From contig MCFE01000152.1 of assembly GCA_002104905.1 (NCBI GenBank), positions 89,079 to 153,078 on the forward strand: 64,000 nt of DNA, given 5' to 3'. The notes beneath the pieces were generated by a model. That model did no database searches. It was given only the letters and a program-made list of their open reading frames with translations, and was not told the origin of the DNA. The DNA is from Basidiobolus meristosporus CBS 931.73. Lineage: Eukaryota > Fungi > Basidiobolomycota. Of the stretch, positions 29,269-41,748 are shown in pieces (position 1 is the stretch's first letter; every line of letters starts with the position of its first letter). The translations under genes were made by a program, and so were the position numbers.

Positions 29269-32200
29269 TGTTGCGAGCTCGAACTGCTTGGGAGGGGAAG
29301 GGAATCTTTGGTATGTTCAGGAATCTGAATTAAGCTAATCTATCAACTTCCTCTTGGCTGTCTTCGCTGCAGGTACTATTCACCCCTTGTAACGTTGCTG
29401 AAGGTCCTAAAATACCAATCGCAAATCTGATGAATTGATTTTCGATTTAATCCTTTCTTGTGATTTATTTCAGGAGTTAGCATTGTTCCTAATTCATGAT
29501 TGATTACGACGATTATGGATTGCATGTATACTGCGAGTGATATCCTGACACCTTACCACTCCAGTCCAGGCGGTCTATGTTGTACTAAAGTAGATCAAGT
29601 AGAAACACCCTGAAATATCGTTGATAGGCCAGCTTTCCCACTACTGGGAAGTGGTTTAGAAACAAGAATAAACCATTGGCACCCATTTAGCGACGCACTG
29701 ACTGGTTGCAGGGAATCTATACTGCGAATCAGATAGGAAGCCAACGCTTGCTCAAGCAATTGAATGGATACAGCACTTGCTATTCTGAGCTCTCTTAGCA
29801 GTACCTCTTTCGCTCCACACCGCTATATGATCTCCACCCTATATAGCACCCATTTTCTCGTGTACTATCTATTTTTGCCTTGATGAGCCATCGTGTTTAG
29901 GATAGACAATTCCGCCCTGGATCTCGAGCCAAATACCCACACTATTGTAATAAGCACTGTATATCAATCCACTGCCAAGCGCTGAACGACGGGGAATCCG
30001 CCAATGCAATCGAAGTAGCCATATAAATAAATAAGGCGGCATTCCTCAAACCTCAACCGACGCTGCCAGTGGATATGATATCATTGAGGCCGATAGCAAG
30101 AATTTACGAATCTCACCAACTCCCGTTGTTTTTCTCCCTATTTCTGGATAATATCCTGAGTCAGCCGGAAGGCCAAGCGAGACGCTTCCCTGATTTTAGA
30201 TACACTGCTCCGATTAGATTACTCAATCCACTCTGATCCAAATAACGAAGCCGTGGTGATCTGCGCATTGCCTCAACTCCAATGCCTCGACAGTCATCTT
30301 ATCACGACAAAGGTTTGGCATCCAGCCTATCCATAATTTAGGTTCGACTCTGATTCCCTGTTTCGTCATTCCATTCCACCCACCATGTGGAGGAGCATCA
30401 GATTCAAGAGAGGGCCGCCCTTAATTACTCGACTGGTGTGACCTCACAATGACAATGCAAGATATGTTGACATAACTCGACTCCCAGTATCCCCATGAAA
30501 TTGACATCAACACCAGTGGTCCCACTTGTGCCCATACGCTACAATAAACAAATCGGCTTCATACTCAGTCACTTCCTTTGGAAGGAAGCCACCAGATTAC
30601 CAACATAGGATCCCAATGCCCAGGAACTAAGCATTCTTCGGGGAGGCATACACACTCTCTGCCTCTGGTCAAAGGGCTGGCGCTCCCTCCCTGCAGCAGG
30701 AAACGAGCGGATTGCTCACCTTGACGCCCACATTTGCAGTCCATCTAGAAAGGCTTGGAGTATCTCTGCCTCGTTGATAAAAGCACACTGGTTGTTCAAG
30801 ACGCCCGTGAGACAGAGGCATCACGATTGCAAGCGCGTGTTGGATTGGACTGAGTTGGTAAGGGGAGTACTCGGAATTATCCGAGATTATCATGATATGG
30901 CCAAATCACGACTCTGCTCTGCATCAAGTGCCTTGCTTTGTTTGGGTTGGGAACCGATGGATGATATAATCGCTGACATGGTAGCACTAAAACCCCAACC
31001 GGCTGCGTTACATATACTCACTCCACTATACCTAATGCAACCACTGTGAGGATACGATGATGTAGTGTCTCAAGTATTAATACAACGTTATGATATGAGG
31101 CATGACAAATCGTACTACCGAGCACTGACGGTCCATTTCTGGAACAGCATATTGATCGCTGCGCAAATGTGGATCGGTGATTGTACTTCATGTGTGTCTG
31201 TGCCAATAAGTAGAGCGTTCAAATGCTCTGCTTTATGTATTTTGACGGATGAGTAGGGATGAAGTCTGGGTCAGGCTTTCCAGGTGCAAGTGCTCTCGCA
31301 TTTATTTCGTGTCGTTGGTGTATAGAGATGAGGGGCTTACGGATCAAAGTACTTCCAACCCATATTGCAGGGTGCATTTCTCGTGTGACTCACTGGCTTG
31401 ACTAAAACGGTGGTTGTGAAACATCAAACTTGGTTTGCTGATACTTTCGGTGATCTGTTGGCTGAATCCAATCTCATATCGCGTATGCGTGCGAGGGTGG
31501 GGATGGGGACATATACAGAGAGTAAAAAGAGTAGTAAAGCATCTCGTTATCGGCTCGATGCATGGATTTGGTGATGGGAGGACTGGTGGGATGATATGAG
31601 ATCTACTTCCTCGTGACACCCTTCGGCCTCCTACTAATGTGCTAATGAATCAATTTGAAACTCAACCAGACACCCACCAGCGCTAATGTTCAAACCTATG
31701 ATGTAAGCCCTACAGCATCAATCCCTTACCCGAAAGTCGGCTGGGTAACATTGTGCGATAGAAAGAATTGAGCAGTCTACTCCTTCAAGGCTGCAACAGA
31801 ACAGTGAGGAGAGCCAACATAGAGCCTAGCTAACTTGGTAACAACAACGAGAGAAGCTGCATCGTTAGGGATATGATGGGGTCAAGGGAAGTCTTGAATA
31901 TTCTCTTTGGATGATCTTCGCTTTAGCATCATGCGTACAAGTCCCTCTTCCAGATCTGAATTTGAAAATTGAAACTTACCTGTTTAGGACTTTATCTACC
32001 CATCATGATTTCATCGTACTGCTAGCAGTATCTGGAATATTTTGGCTTTCTCGTCCACTCCGGTGAAACGAATGAGCTCATAAGCAGGCATTTCCCCGAG
32101 CCTCGTGATATCATTCGCGACCTCTAAAATATCTGCGATTCAACCGACTAAAATATTCTTCTGAATAGAGTGAGATTGATTAAGAGACGATAGGTAGGTA

Positions 32201-32593
32201 GCCCTCTCCCTACATATTCACAGAGACTAGGTCCCTTGTCAACGGCGTGTAACATATATTGCGTGGTGTCTCTCCAATTGGTATGTGTTATACAGAATTT
32301 AGAACACTCAACTTAATTCACTACCATAATGGCATTTATACAGTCCTTTGAAATAGACAATGTTTAACAATACCTGGGTACTGTGGATTTGGTTGGACCA
32401 ATAACTGTGACTTGTATCTACCATCTTACCAATCCCTCCCTAGCAACCAGCCGAGTAAAAGGAATAGCAACTCTTCGCTAGCGGACAACTAGATTGCACT
32501 CACCATATAAATAGGCTCATTCCTCTCACCAACTTTCTTCAACTACTAGTTAGTTTTCTGTGACTATCTCCCATCACGGATTTCATCGCACAA

Positions 32594-33748
32594 ATGGCTA
32601 CTACAGTGCCCTATGTAAAGGTTGAGAGCTCGGCCTATCAATTCCCATATGTCAACAATATCCTCAAGTCACAAAATCTCTTTGCCTCATCAGTTACCAG
32701 CATAGATTGTGACAAAGGTAACGACAGTCCTGAAACATGTATATACTTCAGAGCGGTACTAACTCAACCCATCTTTCTAACCTCAGATGATAGTATAAAG
32801 ACGAGTGTAACTTATGCACCATTCAATAGCTCAACAGCCACTGCAAAGAAGCTGGATTTGGAGCCTAATCCATTTGAGCAAAGCTTCCTTGCATCCTCGA
32901 GTCCAGGTAACAACGGTGTTACCGCAAGGAGTACGAACCTTCTACCACCTGTTTCATCACTTGAGAATCCTCAAAGCTCAGCTGAACTCGATTGGAACCA
33001 ATCCTTAAGAGCAGGACCTCTATCGCCCTCGATGTTGTTTGGTCCTCAACCAAGTGCCGCCAGGACTGCAATGAAACCTCAATCTTTCCTGACCAGTTCG
33101 ACAGGCTATAGCGATATCTCTTCTACCCCATTAGTCTCCGGCGATTTCCATGGACCCGTGCAGGCATATCATGATGGCGCCTCTAGCAAGCTAGCTCGCC
33201 CGGTTGTTACTGGTTGGGCAGAACCACTTGGGATTGACAGCAACAATATCCCAGGTTCAAACAAGCGCAAAAGCATCGACAGTAATATCTCCGATTGGAG
33301 CCCTGAGAGAGAGTTCTCCCGTCGTAGCAGTGTCGATGAAGTTGAATCCAAAGTGAAACCAGACATGACACCAGAGGAGAAACGTAAACTCTTCTTGGAA
33401 CGAAACAGAAAGGCCGCACTCAAATGCCGCCAACGTAAGAAGCAATGGCTAAATAATCTTCAGATCAAGGTGGACTATTTATCTCAAGAAAATGAGTCTT
33501 TGCAGACACAAGCCACCTGCCTGCGAGAAGAAATCATCAATTTGAAGACACTCCTTCTTGCCCACAAGGATTGTCCAGTAGCACAAGCAAATGGGGTTAT
33601 TGGGCTGGACAACCTTGTATCAACACTTGGTAACCAAACCTTAGAAATTCAACGGAGTCTTTCTTCAATGGATTCATCAAGATCTGATGTTGCTTTAAAC
33701 TCGGCCAGCCCAATAGGAATAATCCCCAATACCATCATCAGATTCTAG
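32594..33748 (+). CDS. ATF1: Atf1/Aft1/Sko1-family bZIP transcription factor; probable in-frame 69-bp intron at 32718-32786
   Basis: KLDLEPNPFEQSF (OSA-like), LRAGPLSPSML (HRA-like) and bZIP KRKLFLERNRKAALKCRQRKKQWL..LLAHKDCP. Confidence 0.9.
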   Translation: MATTVPYVKVESSAYQFPYVNNILKSQNLFASSVTSIDCDKGNDSPETCIYFRAVLTQPIFLTSDDSIKTSVTYAPFNSSTATAKKLDLEPNPFEQSFLASSSPGNNGVTARSTNLLPPVSSLENPQSSAELDWNQSLRAGPLSPSMLFGPQPSAARTAMKPQSFLTSSTGYSDISSTPLVSGDFHGPVQAYHDGASSKLARPVVTGWAEPLGIDSNNIPGSNKRKSIDSNISDWSPEREFSRRSSVDEVESKVKPDMTPEEKRKLFLERNRKAALKCRQRKKQWLNNLQIKVDYLSQENESLQTQATCLREEIINLKTLLLAHKDCPVAQANGVIGLDNLVSTLGNQTLEIQRSLSSMDSSRSDVALNSASPIGIIPNTIIRF

Positions 33749-34501
33749 ATTGTGATACTTTTATCAGCCTGTAGATATATTTTGCCTTGATTGGTGCCAA
33801 TGATCCTGCTTTTCTTATGTATTTTGATTTATCTTACGAAGCATTGTAATTGTATTCTCCCTGTTTATCGAACCTTTGTGTGATTAAAATTTTGAATCTA
33901 TATCATGGAAATGCACGGCGAATTATAGAATCATCATCTTCCTGATCGCCATTATTTAATGCTCATCCTTACACGTACATTCATTGGTCTACGGCTGAAG
34001 GCTCAGAACCAATCATGAGAAAATGAATCCATCGTCAGTTTTTTTTCTCCGGTGGCAATCCAGTATATATAAGGCCATAATTCTTGACATTTAGTTACTC
34101 ACTCAAATTGCGTTCAAGCATTATGTAAGGTATGGTACGATTTCATTCTATTTGTTATTTCCTGTTAAATTCCCCCACCAGATATAAGTTCTCCACTTTG
34201 GATGGGACTACGAACCAGGATACATTGACATTCAATCATCTCGGGCACAACGCTGATGATATCATCATCGTTGCCGAGATGTTGATACAAGTATTTTTCA
34301 CCTACATTGGCATTTGTGCTAACTGATTTCTTTATCCAGGCCACACCCGTTCGATGATGTATATATACTAATTGTTGTAAATAAATTCACATGATTTAAA
34401 AAAACAAATCTCATTTGAAAGTTTTTTCAGTCGCGATGTCGAAAGTGTGATCGTGTAGAACGTCATGGTCTACGGGATTTGCATCTTCATTGTACAGACA
34501 A

Positions 34502-35812
34502 ATGGACGGAAATTCTCCTGACGAAGTCGCGTTTCTCGAGGAGGCTTCCCCGCAGATATTGAAGGAGCAGGCGGTTGCTCTGTTGAAAGAAATTGAGCCC
34601 TACCAGGGGAAGATTGCTGGGATAAGTAAATTAGAGCGAGGCATCGTTGCTGAGCTAAGCTACCTCGAAAAAGTAAGCTTCATCCGTTCGACACAGGGTA
34701 TCGTCTATTCCAACCTTTTTATATTTGTGTAGACTCCTACCGACGAAATAGACCTAAACTGCACGAACTTGAAGTATTATTCGGCTATCGTAGAGACATT
34801 GAAGCATTCTTCCCGCCCAATTGCAGTTTTAAACGGGTATCGTTACTATCCCAAGCAAACCAAACATCTCCAGAAGGTGCTCGTCGATGTTGTTGCAGAG
34901 GACGGCCAAAAATGGATCAAAGTCAGCAAGCTTTATAAGCGTGGAGGCCACAAGTGCTCTGTAGAGTCCGATTATTCCGACTTTGAGGATCCTTGGCCTC
35001 ACTCCAAAGATTCCCCACTTCTTCGATACGCAAGAAAGATGCTTGAAGCGTCGAGACAAAACCTACTCCACTTTAAGCCGCCAAAGATTGCATTTGTCAA
35101 GTATGAAGAGATTGAAGACTCTTTGACATTGTACTTGAGATCGGTGGGGATTCTCATAGAAGAGCCATACAAACCGACCTCGCGCACAAGCTTCATACCT
35201 GACCGCTACGAACACTATTGCACAGAACTAAACCTGGATGTCACCTCCTTAATAGCACTGGTATCTGATTTGACGCACTCACTGACTCGTCCTATCGACC
35301 CACAGGTCTTCAAAGAGAAACCACTAATGGATCAGGCAAGCCAGGAGCTGAGTGAACCCATACTACCAATGTTCACCAGATTATTTTATACACGTACACT
35401 GTACACTACCCGAAGTGCGTACACCAAGTTTTTCGAGTTAATCACTCTTATCGGTGGCGAGAGAGAAACCATCCGCGCAAATCAGATCTTCACCAAAGTG
35501 GCCATCCCGTACCAAGGCTCGAGTGAACTGTTTTGCAGTTGGAAACGGCTCGGGTTTTCTGAGGTTCCCTTTGTCTCAGTCATAGAGGATCAACCTAGCC
35601 CACGTTTTTCTGAGCTCTTCTCACATCCCAACAGGCCCAAGAAGTTCACCGCATTGACGATGGCGGTGTTCGGTACCGGCGATCAGCTGAAGATGACCAC
35701 TGTTACTGGAAAATCCTCGACAAGTCGTTCACTAGAACAGATCGAGTTGAAGAGCTGGAGTGTCTTTGAGCACAGTCCTCGAAGCCTTGTTGAGAAAAGA
35801 TTGTCTTTATGA
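34502..35812 (+). CDS. DUF1308/C7orf25 (UPF0415)-like protein; intron ~34673-34731
   Basis: AELSYLEK | LNCTNLKYY..VDVVAEDGQKWIKVS; LNLDVTSLIALVSDL; VFGTGDQLKMTTVT. Confidence 0.75.
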
Positions 35813-36239
35813 TAAGCATGGGTTTCTTCCAAAATAAATAGGTCTCACCCGTAGCCTGTTGCCAATGGATTTCCCAATTTTACATCTGCACAACTTCTTC
35901 CACCACCTTTCCAAAGCTTTATAAAGCTATTCACTAAGGTTTGCCAAAAGTAACAAACCCCATTTATCCCTCAGCAAAGCAATATTTGTGAAGCAGCCTA
36001 AATCACACCAAGTCACCTCCAAGCTCTCTCAGGAATAGCTTGTTGTCAATGTTATGATCCAACTGTATGTGATATCTTTGGTGTGGCACCTATGCTGGTG
36101 GCTAGAAGTTGGGGATTTGCTTGCCTGCTACTAGTGACTGAGGTGTGTGGCAGTCGCTTTTTTCAGAGGTTTCATCAGGAATTAGAAGTGATATGGTAAA
36201 CATGAGTGGCAAGTATGTTTACATGTGTTGTCAATTTCA

Positions 36240-36566
36240 TAATTACACCTAAATATTCACTTGGTCACTTACATCATGGTCATCAAATCTTCGATAATCC
36301 TGCCCAAATTCCTTGTCGGGATTTTGAATATTTTGACCAAAACATCAGGTACCTAGAACATGCAAAATTGTTAAGTTGTCCAAACAGCCCCAAACTTTGC
36401 ACACATGTTCTTGGGACCTTCCTAAGCATATTCTACATGCTTATTTTTCCCAGACCACATAAAACTATAAATACTACTTCTACATTCAATAAATCATTAA
36501 GTGAAAACCACATAATCTACTTGTTCTCCCAATCACTTGCAATATCTCCAAAACTCTTACAACAAC
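36240..36566 (+). repeat. Copy of the dispersed AT-rich repeat
   Basis: Aligns along its length with 12700-13035. Confidence 0.85.
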
Positions 36567-38004
36567 ATGTTGGTATGCTGGTGAATCAAGTATTGACCAA
36601 GGATCTATACTTCCTGTAGAATCTCGTGAAATTAGCTATTAGGATGATTTTGGGAAGGCCACGGAAAGGCGTGCGCAGCATTTGGGGCTTTCGGGCGACT
36701 TGAAAATCCTCTCTTCCTTCAATGTTTCCATAATCCTGAACAATCAGCACCAGGAACACGAACTGAATTCCAAGTCGAAGTTAGTGAAGAATTGGGAAAC
36801 AGATCCTCCTCGACCATTTCGAAATCCAGATTATTCTCCAAGACATTGTTTACTGTTGAATGGCTGGCAGGTGCTAAACTAATCATTGGAAACCCATTAA
36901 TTAATGGTACCCTTGAAAAGGCGACTCAACAGCCTCTCGCAAATCCACAACTTTGATAAGCCAATAAAAGTGAGCTGCAAGCAACGTCGCTAACCAATGA
37001 ACTAGGTGTCACATCGGGCTATGTAAACAACAGTAAGACAGTTTATTTTCAGCACGCAAGACAGAGAGATCGGGTTGGAAAGTCGCTCACTAGCAGGTAT
37101 TGCTCGCTTGGAGACAATCATCCCACTGGTTTGGAGGCAGTTCAGGGATGCCGTACAATGATCATTAGACCAAATCCAATCCACCTCAAAGGAACTTTGA
37201 TCTCAAGGAACAGTGGCATCACTTATTTGAATTTGATTCCCACCATCAACAAAGCGTCAGAATTGAATGGTTGTCAGGGAGTTGCTATGATGGCCCACCA
37301 ATAGCCCCAGTTGATCCTAGCAACTGAAGACCTGGTGCCACCGCCATGTGATTCGGAGTCCATGAGGCGCCGTGAGATATGCAAATACGGGTCAGCAGAA
37401 ACGGGGTGGTCTTACATTTCAATTGCGTAATCTCATATTGGATGGACCATTGTTTGGTTCGAGGAAAACCTGAATGCATGTGTGATTTCCCCATTTACTT
37501 CCTAGAAGACAAGCGCTCGGCTACCAATCAATACTCGTCCCAAGGGCCCGTAAAGAAATCGAGAAATTCCGAAACGCCTGCAACATTCTCCTTGGGAAGT
37601 GGCTCTGATAATTCTGGCGATTGGGCTTTCAATTGGCACCGAACCGGTTTGGTGACGTTGTCACGAACGCATAGTAAGCGCATTCTCTTCGAGGCATTTG
37701 GCCTGTCTGGCCTGCACGCACCTGCTTTGGTCTTCCTGTACCTATGTATCAAGCGTGACATCGTTACTTGTGTCCGATTAATTTAGTTTATTGTTACACT
37801 CGACTGAAGTTCATGTGGAATCAGGACAGCATTATTGAAAAGGAAAGAAATTGAGGGGTATGCCAATACTTTTTGGACAATCGAAGCAAATGTGCACAAT
37901 GCTGGGTCGGGAAAAGTGCCACAATGCTGTCATTGTCAATCTTGTTGGTCACCAGGGAATTATAGAAAGTCATCACATCACCATCCAGGCACCCAGAGAT
38001 CTCC

Positions 38005-38511
38005 TCACAACAACTGTAGAGCGATGTAGCCAATAAGAGCGCCCGTTGACAACTTGGAGGCAGTTACGATGGAGCTAGCATCGTTCTTGTGATTGTTGTC
38101 GGATGGCTGAGATCCGGAGTTGTTGGTATTGTTGTTAGCGTTGCCATCGGAGGCCAAAATTTCAAACGATGGGCTGTAAGAGTAGTTAGGCGCTGACCCA
38201 ATTCGGATGGCATAATCCTTGGCAGGCGCCTGAGTGGCCGGGATATCCCACTGGTATTGGCCCGACGAGGTATCGACGTTGTTGCTGATGGTGGCAACGA
38301 GGGCCAGCGAGGTGGATTTGCCCTGCATCAAAGCGATGTCATGCTTGGCGGGCATGGGGGTTCCGTCGCTGTTATCTTGCCAGGTGATGATATTTTTGGT
38401 ACCTGCTTTCCAGGAGTTCTGCATCGGAGCGGTGATGACGGCTTTCGAATGAACATAGGTAAGAGCGGAAGCCATAGCTACCAGGATCGATGCATATCGG
38501 GAATAGTACAT
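38005..38511 (-). CDS. Secreted/GPI-anchored Ser/Thr-rich protein (Kre9/KNH N-terminal-like domain), paralogue 1
   Basis: Signal peptide, then ITAP..WKAG..ITWQDN..DIALMQG..YQWDIP..YAIRIG..YSPSFEI, with a hydrophobic C-terminus; ATG at 38511. Confidence 0.85.
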   Translation of the reverse strand: MYYSRYASILVAMASALTYVHSKAVITAPMQNSWKAGTKNIITWQDNSDGTPMPAKHDIALMQGKSTSLALVATISNNVDTSSGQYQWDIPATQAPAKDYAIRIGSAPNYSYSPSFEILASDGNANNNTNNSGSQPSDNNHKNDASSIVTASKLSTGALIGYIALQLL

Positions 38512-40086
38512 ATCTAGAGGTGTTGATGAGAAGCAGACCGAGCTTTGATTTATCGAATTCCAGAACCATCTACGCCGCTCTTTATAGTTGGAAACGGGGG
38601 TCAAACGCTTCGTGAACCGTGAAGGAATGCCGAACGATGATATCCAGATAATCCACTGCATTAACCAATTCTCGTTAATGAAAAACCAGTGTCTCTGCTC
38701 TCTACGTCATACCGCTCTGCTTGAATGATGACGGTAACGCTGATGATGACAGATGATACACTTGTACGACGATACCCACCTTGTCCGGACTTTTAATTAA
38801 TATATCCACTCACCAACTACGGTAATCGTATACACGAAGGTGGAGATGGAGATTCTCCCCGATGACTGATAGCCTCGATTACGACTAAAACGATCCTCAG
38901 GTGACACCGACTAAACCTGAGCTGATCAAGCTTGGCTACGGCGGTGGACTCGTCCCGATCAATTCTAAATTAGTAGCGTGATCTACCCAGCGCAGAATCA
39001 ATCCGCCCGGGGGTTTCTCCAGCATGGAAGGTAGGATTTACTGAAATAAGAATGGATTCCAAGGCGTGAGACATTCATGTTTCATAACTGGCCGAGTATG
39101 TGCCAACCATTTACGAGAGTTGTTTACATCGTTCACTCGTGACATGTATGAGCATCATCCATACCACCAACAAGCTGGGATCGAAGCTGCCCCATTGAAC
39201 ATGGCAGCTCCGCCATCACCCATCTTAAATACGGAATAGAATATTCTGGGTGCATCGAATTAGGCCAGCTCCATAGAGAGAAAACTGGCTTTGTTTCAGC
39301 AAGGATTGGGGGTGCTAGTTAATCCTTTCTAGATATATCCTAATCCCCAAGTTTCAGTAACAGCACCCTGCCATCTAATAAGTGCTGGTCGGCAATATCG
39401 CAAACCAGTTGCTCCCGGAGAGGGGCCGCCCATTGGTCATCCGTGCGGGGTGGCCGTCGATATTAATTCGGTGACAGCCAGCGCAGCTCTTCACAAACAA
39501 ATCAGCAATCTCGGCTTGGCTCAGCCACATTGTGAAGCTGAACGGGCCCAACGTGAATAAAGCAACCCTATAGCCTTGCGAGAAGTGGCAATTGGCATCT
39601 TTGGAAACGGATCTAATGGATTCATCAGGTTTCCTCGAATCATTTCACAAAACTGCGTGTAGACTGTTTTTCTTATGGTAATCCTAACTACCATTTTAGG
39701 CAGCACAAACCAGTCCCATCATAATCTGGGGTTTCCGATGCGGAAATTCCCTCTTTGTGCACATCGAAATATGGTATTTAATTTACGTTCTATTTGACGA
39801 CTACGCCAAGATAGTTTCAGTGTGGTTGTTTTCTGGGCGTTTCCATGACTCGACTGGTATCATCCAATGGCCACCACCATAACCCGGATACATTGGCAAA
39901 TGTATTTCCTTCTTGCTCCGACCCATCTATGGCTGCCGGATTTAGTCTTGCCGTTGGCGATTACTCAATATTTCAACAGACAATTATTTATTTCTTGGCT
40001 TATGATTACGGGTAACACTAGAGATGAGTACAAGACGTGCAGACGCTTATGATGTGAGTATTGATATCATGGGGTTTTGTGTAGAA

Positions 40087-40770
40087 TTATTGTTGAGCAA
40101 GACCGGCAAACACGGCGATAGCGCCAATCAGATATCCGGGGTTAAGGGCAGCACCAGCATTAGTAGCGGTAGGAGTGTGGGTGGCGGTGGAGGTGGAAGG
40201 AACAGCAGGAACCTTGGTACCGGAGCTGGTGGCAGTGCTAGAGGGAGAACTGGAGTTGGCAGAGGATGACACGCCGGGGGTGGAGCTAGCAGAACTTATA
40301 GGTGATGAGTTGCTGCTGGCGGGTTGGGAAGCAGAAGATGCGCTGGTGGAGGTGGAGCTTTGCGCTGGCTGGCTTGTTGTGGTGCTGTTTCCTCCTGGAA
40401 CTGCGCTTCCGCTAACAATCTCGAACGAGGGGCTGTAAGCGACGTTGGGTAGGGTGCCAAGACGAATGGCATATTCTTTGCCAGGGGCTTGGCCTGCAGG
40501 GATATCCCACTTGTATTGTCCAGTAGCAGAATCAACGTCGGTAGCAATGGTACCAACCAGCTGGAGTGTAGTAGCCTTCCCTTGCATGAGATCAATAGTA
40601 AGCTTGGCTGGCATTGGTTCGCCTTCATTATTCTCTACCCAGGTAATTATGTTACTGGAGCCTGCTTTCCAAGATCCCCCAAGGGGTGAAGTAACTGCAG
40701 CACCTGCGCTAACATATGTGATAGCAGTGCTAAGAACAGCGATCAAGGCAGTGAGGCTGGTGAAGTGCAT
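40087..40770 (-). CDS. Secreted/GPI-anchored Ser/Thr-rich protein (Kre9/KNH-like), paralogue 2
   Basis: Same domain, long Ser/Thr linker and GPI-like tail NAGAALNPGYLIGAIAVFAGL. Confidence 0.88.
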   Translation of the reverse strand: MHFTSLTALIAVLSTAITYVSAGAAVTSPLGGSWKAGSSNIITWVENNEGEPMPAKLTIDLMQGKATTLQLVGTIATDVDSATGQYKWDIPAGQAPGKEYAIRLGTLPNVAYSPSFEIVSGSAVPGGNSTTTSQPAQSSTSTSASSASQPASSNSSPISSASSTPGVSSSANSSSPSSTATSSGTKVPAVPSTSTATHTPTATNAGAALNPGYLIGAIAVFAGLAQQ

Positions 40771-41157
40771 CGTATGAAAAGAGGGAATTCAACAAATGGG
40801 ATGGTTGTCAGCACGGTGGAGTTCAAAGGTATTTATACGTGTAGCCGGCCCTCCGATGACAAAATAAACCATGAGATTCATATCATTGGTGTTACACAAA
40901 TTCCAAATCGTCTTTGATGAAATCAAGACTAGAATGACGTAGAAATTCGTTAACCACCGAAAAGATTGATTTTGGATATATGTAGATGCACTATTTGATT
41001 GACTGATTTGCGACATTCGCGGTTATTTATATATCGAGTTGTTAATTAGGCCGCGCATTCCGATATCGGTCGATCAATCAATTCACATTTGACTGGTCAC
41101 GAAGTCGTAGGGGAACTCGAGTATTTATTTCAATTTCATATTCAAGACATAAACAAG

Positions 41158-41748
41158 CTACATGAATCGAGAGGCAATATAGGCCGCAAGTACAACGTTA
41201 CTCAGTTGTAGAGCTGAGTTCAAAACAGCACCATTTCTTTGTGTGGGAGTACCTGTTGATCCAGCATTAGTTGCTGAAGGGGTGTTGCCACCGTTGCTGT
41301 GGGCCTCGGTGACCTGGTTGGGTGCAGTGGAGGTTCCGGCTGGAGCACTGGAGTCCGGAGCTGCACCTCCACCCTGTGCACCATTGGCGCCTACGATTTC
41401 GAAATATGGACTATATGCTACATCTGGAGGGGTGCCAATACGAATGGAATAATCCTTTGCAGGAGCTTGGTTAGCGGGGATGTTCCATGAGTATTGGCCA
41501 GCTGATGAATCAACTTGGGAGACAACGCTGGCAACGAGTTGTAATGAAGTCATCTTCCCTTCCATCAAGGCAATGTCAAATTTAGCTGGCATAGGTTTAC
41601 CGTCGCCATTATCGGTCCAAGTGATGATGTTTGTTGTTCCGGCCTTCCAGGAGCTCATCAGAGGAGCAGTGATGGCGACGCTAGCGAAGACATAGGGAAC
41701 GGTGGCCCCCAAAACGGCAAGAAAGGAGCAAATGTTGGATAGGTACAT
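41158..41748 (-). CDS. Secreted/GPI-anchored Ser/Thr-rich protein (Kre9/KNH-like), paralogue 3
   Basis: Same domain; NGAVLNSALQLSNVVLAAYIA tail. Confidence 0.88.
   Translation of the reverse strand: MYLSNICSFLAVLGATVPYVFASVAITAPLMSSWKAGTTNIITWTDNGDGKPMPAKFDIALMEGKMTSLQLVASVVSQVDSSAGQYSWNIPANQAPAKDYSIRIGTPPDVAYSPYFEIVGANGAQGGGAAPDSSAPAGTSTAPNQVTEAHSNGGNTPSATNAGSTGTPTQRNGAVLNSALQLSNVVLAAYIASRFM

Noticed and set aside
30335-30360. Isolated B-box-like GGTTCGACTC
   Set aside because: No matching A box or cloverleaf.
30774-31256. Two in-frame ORFs split by one TGA between CUL2 and ATF1
   Set aside because: No recognisable domain; could be a pseudogene or chance.
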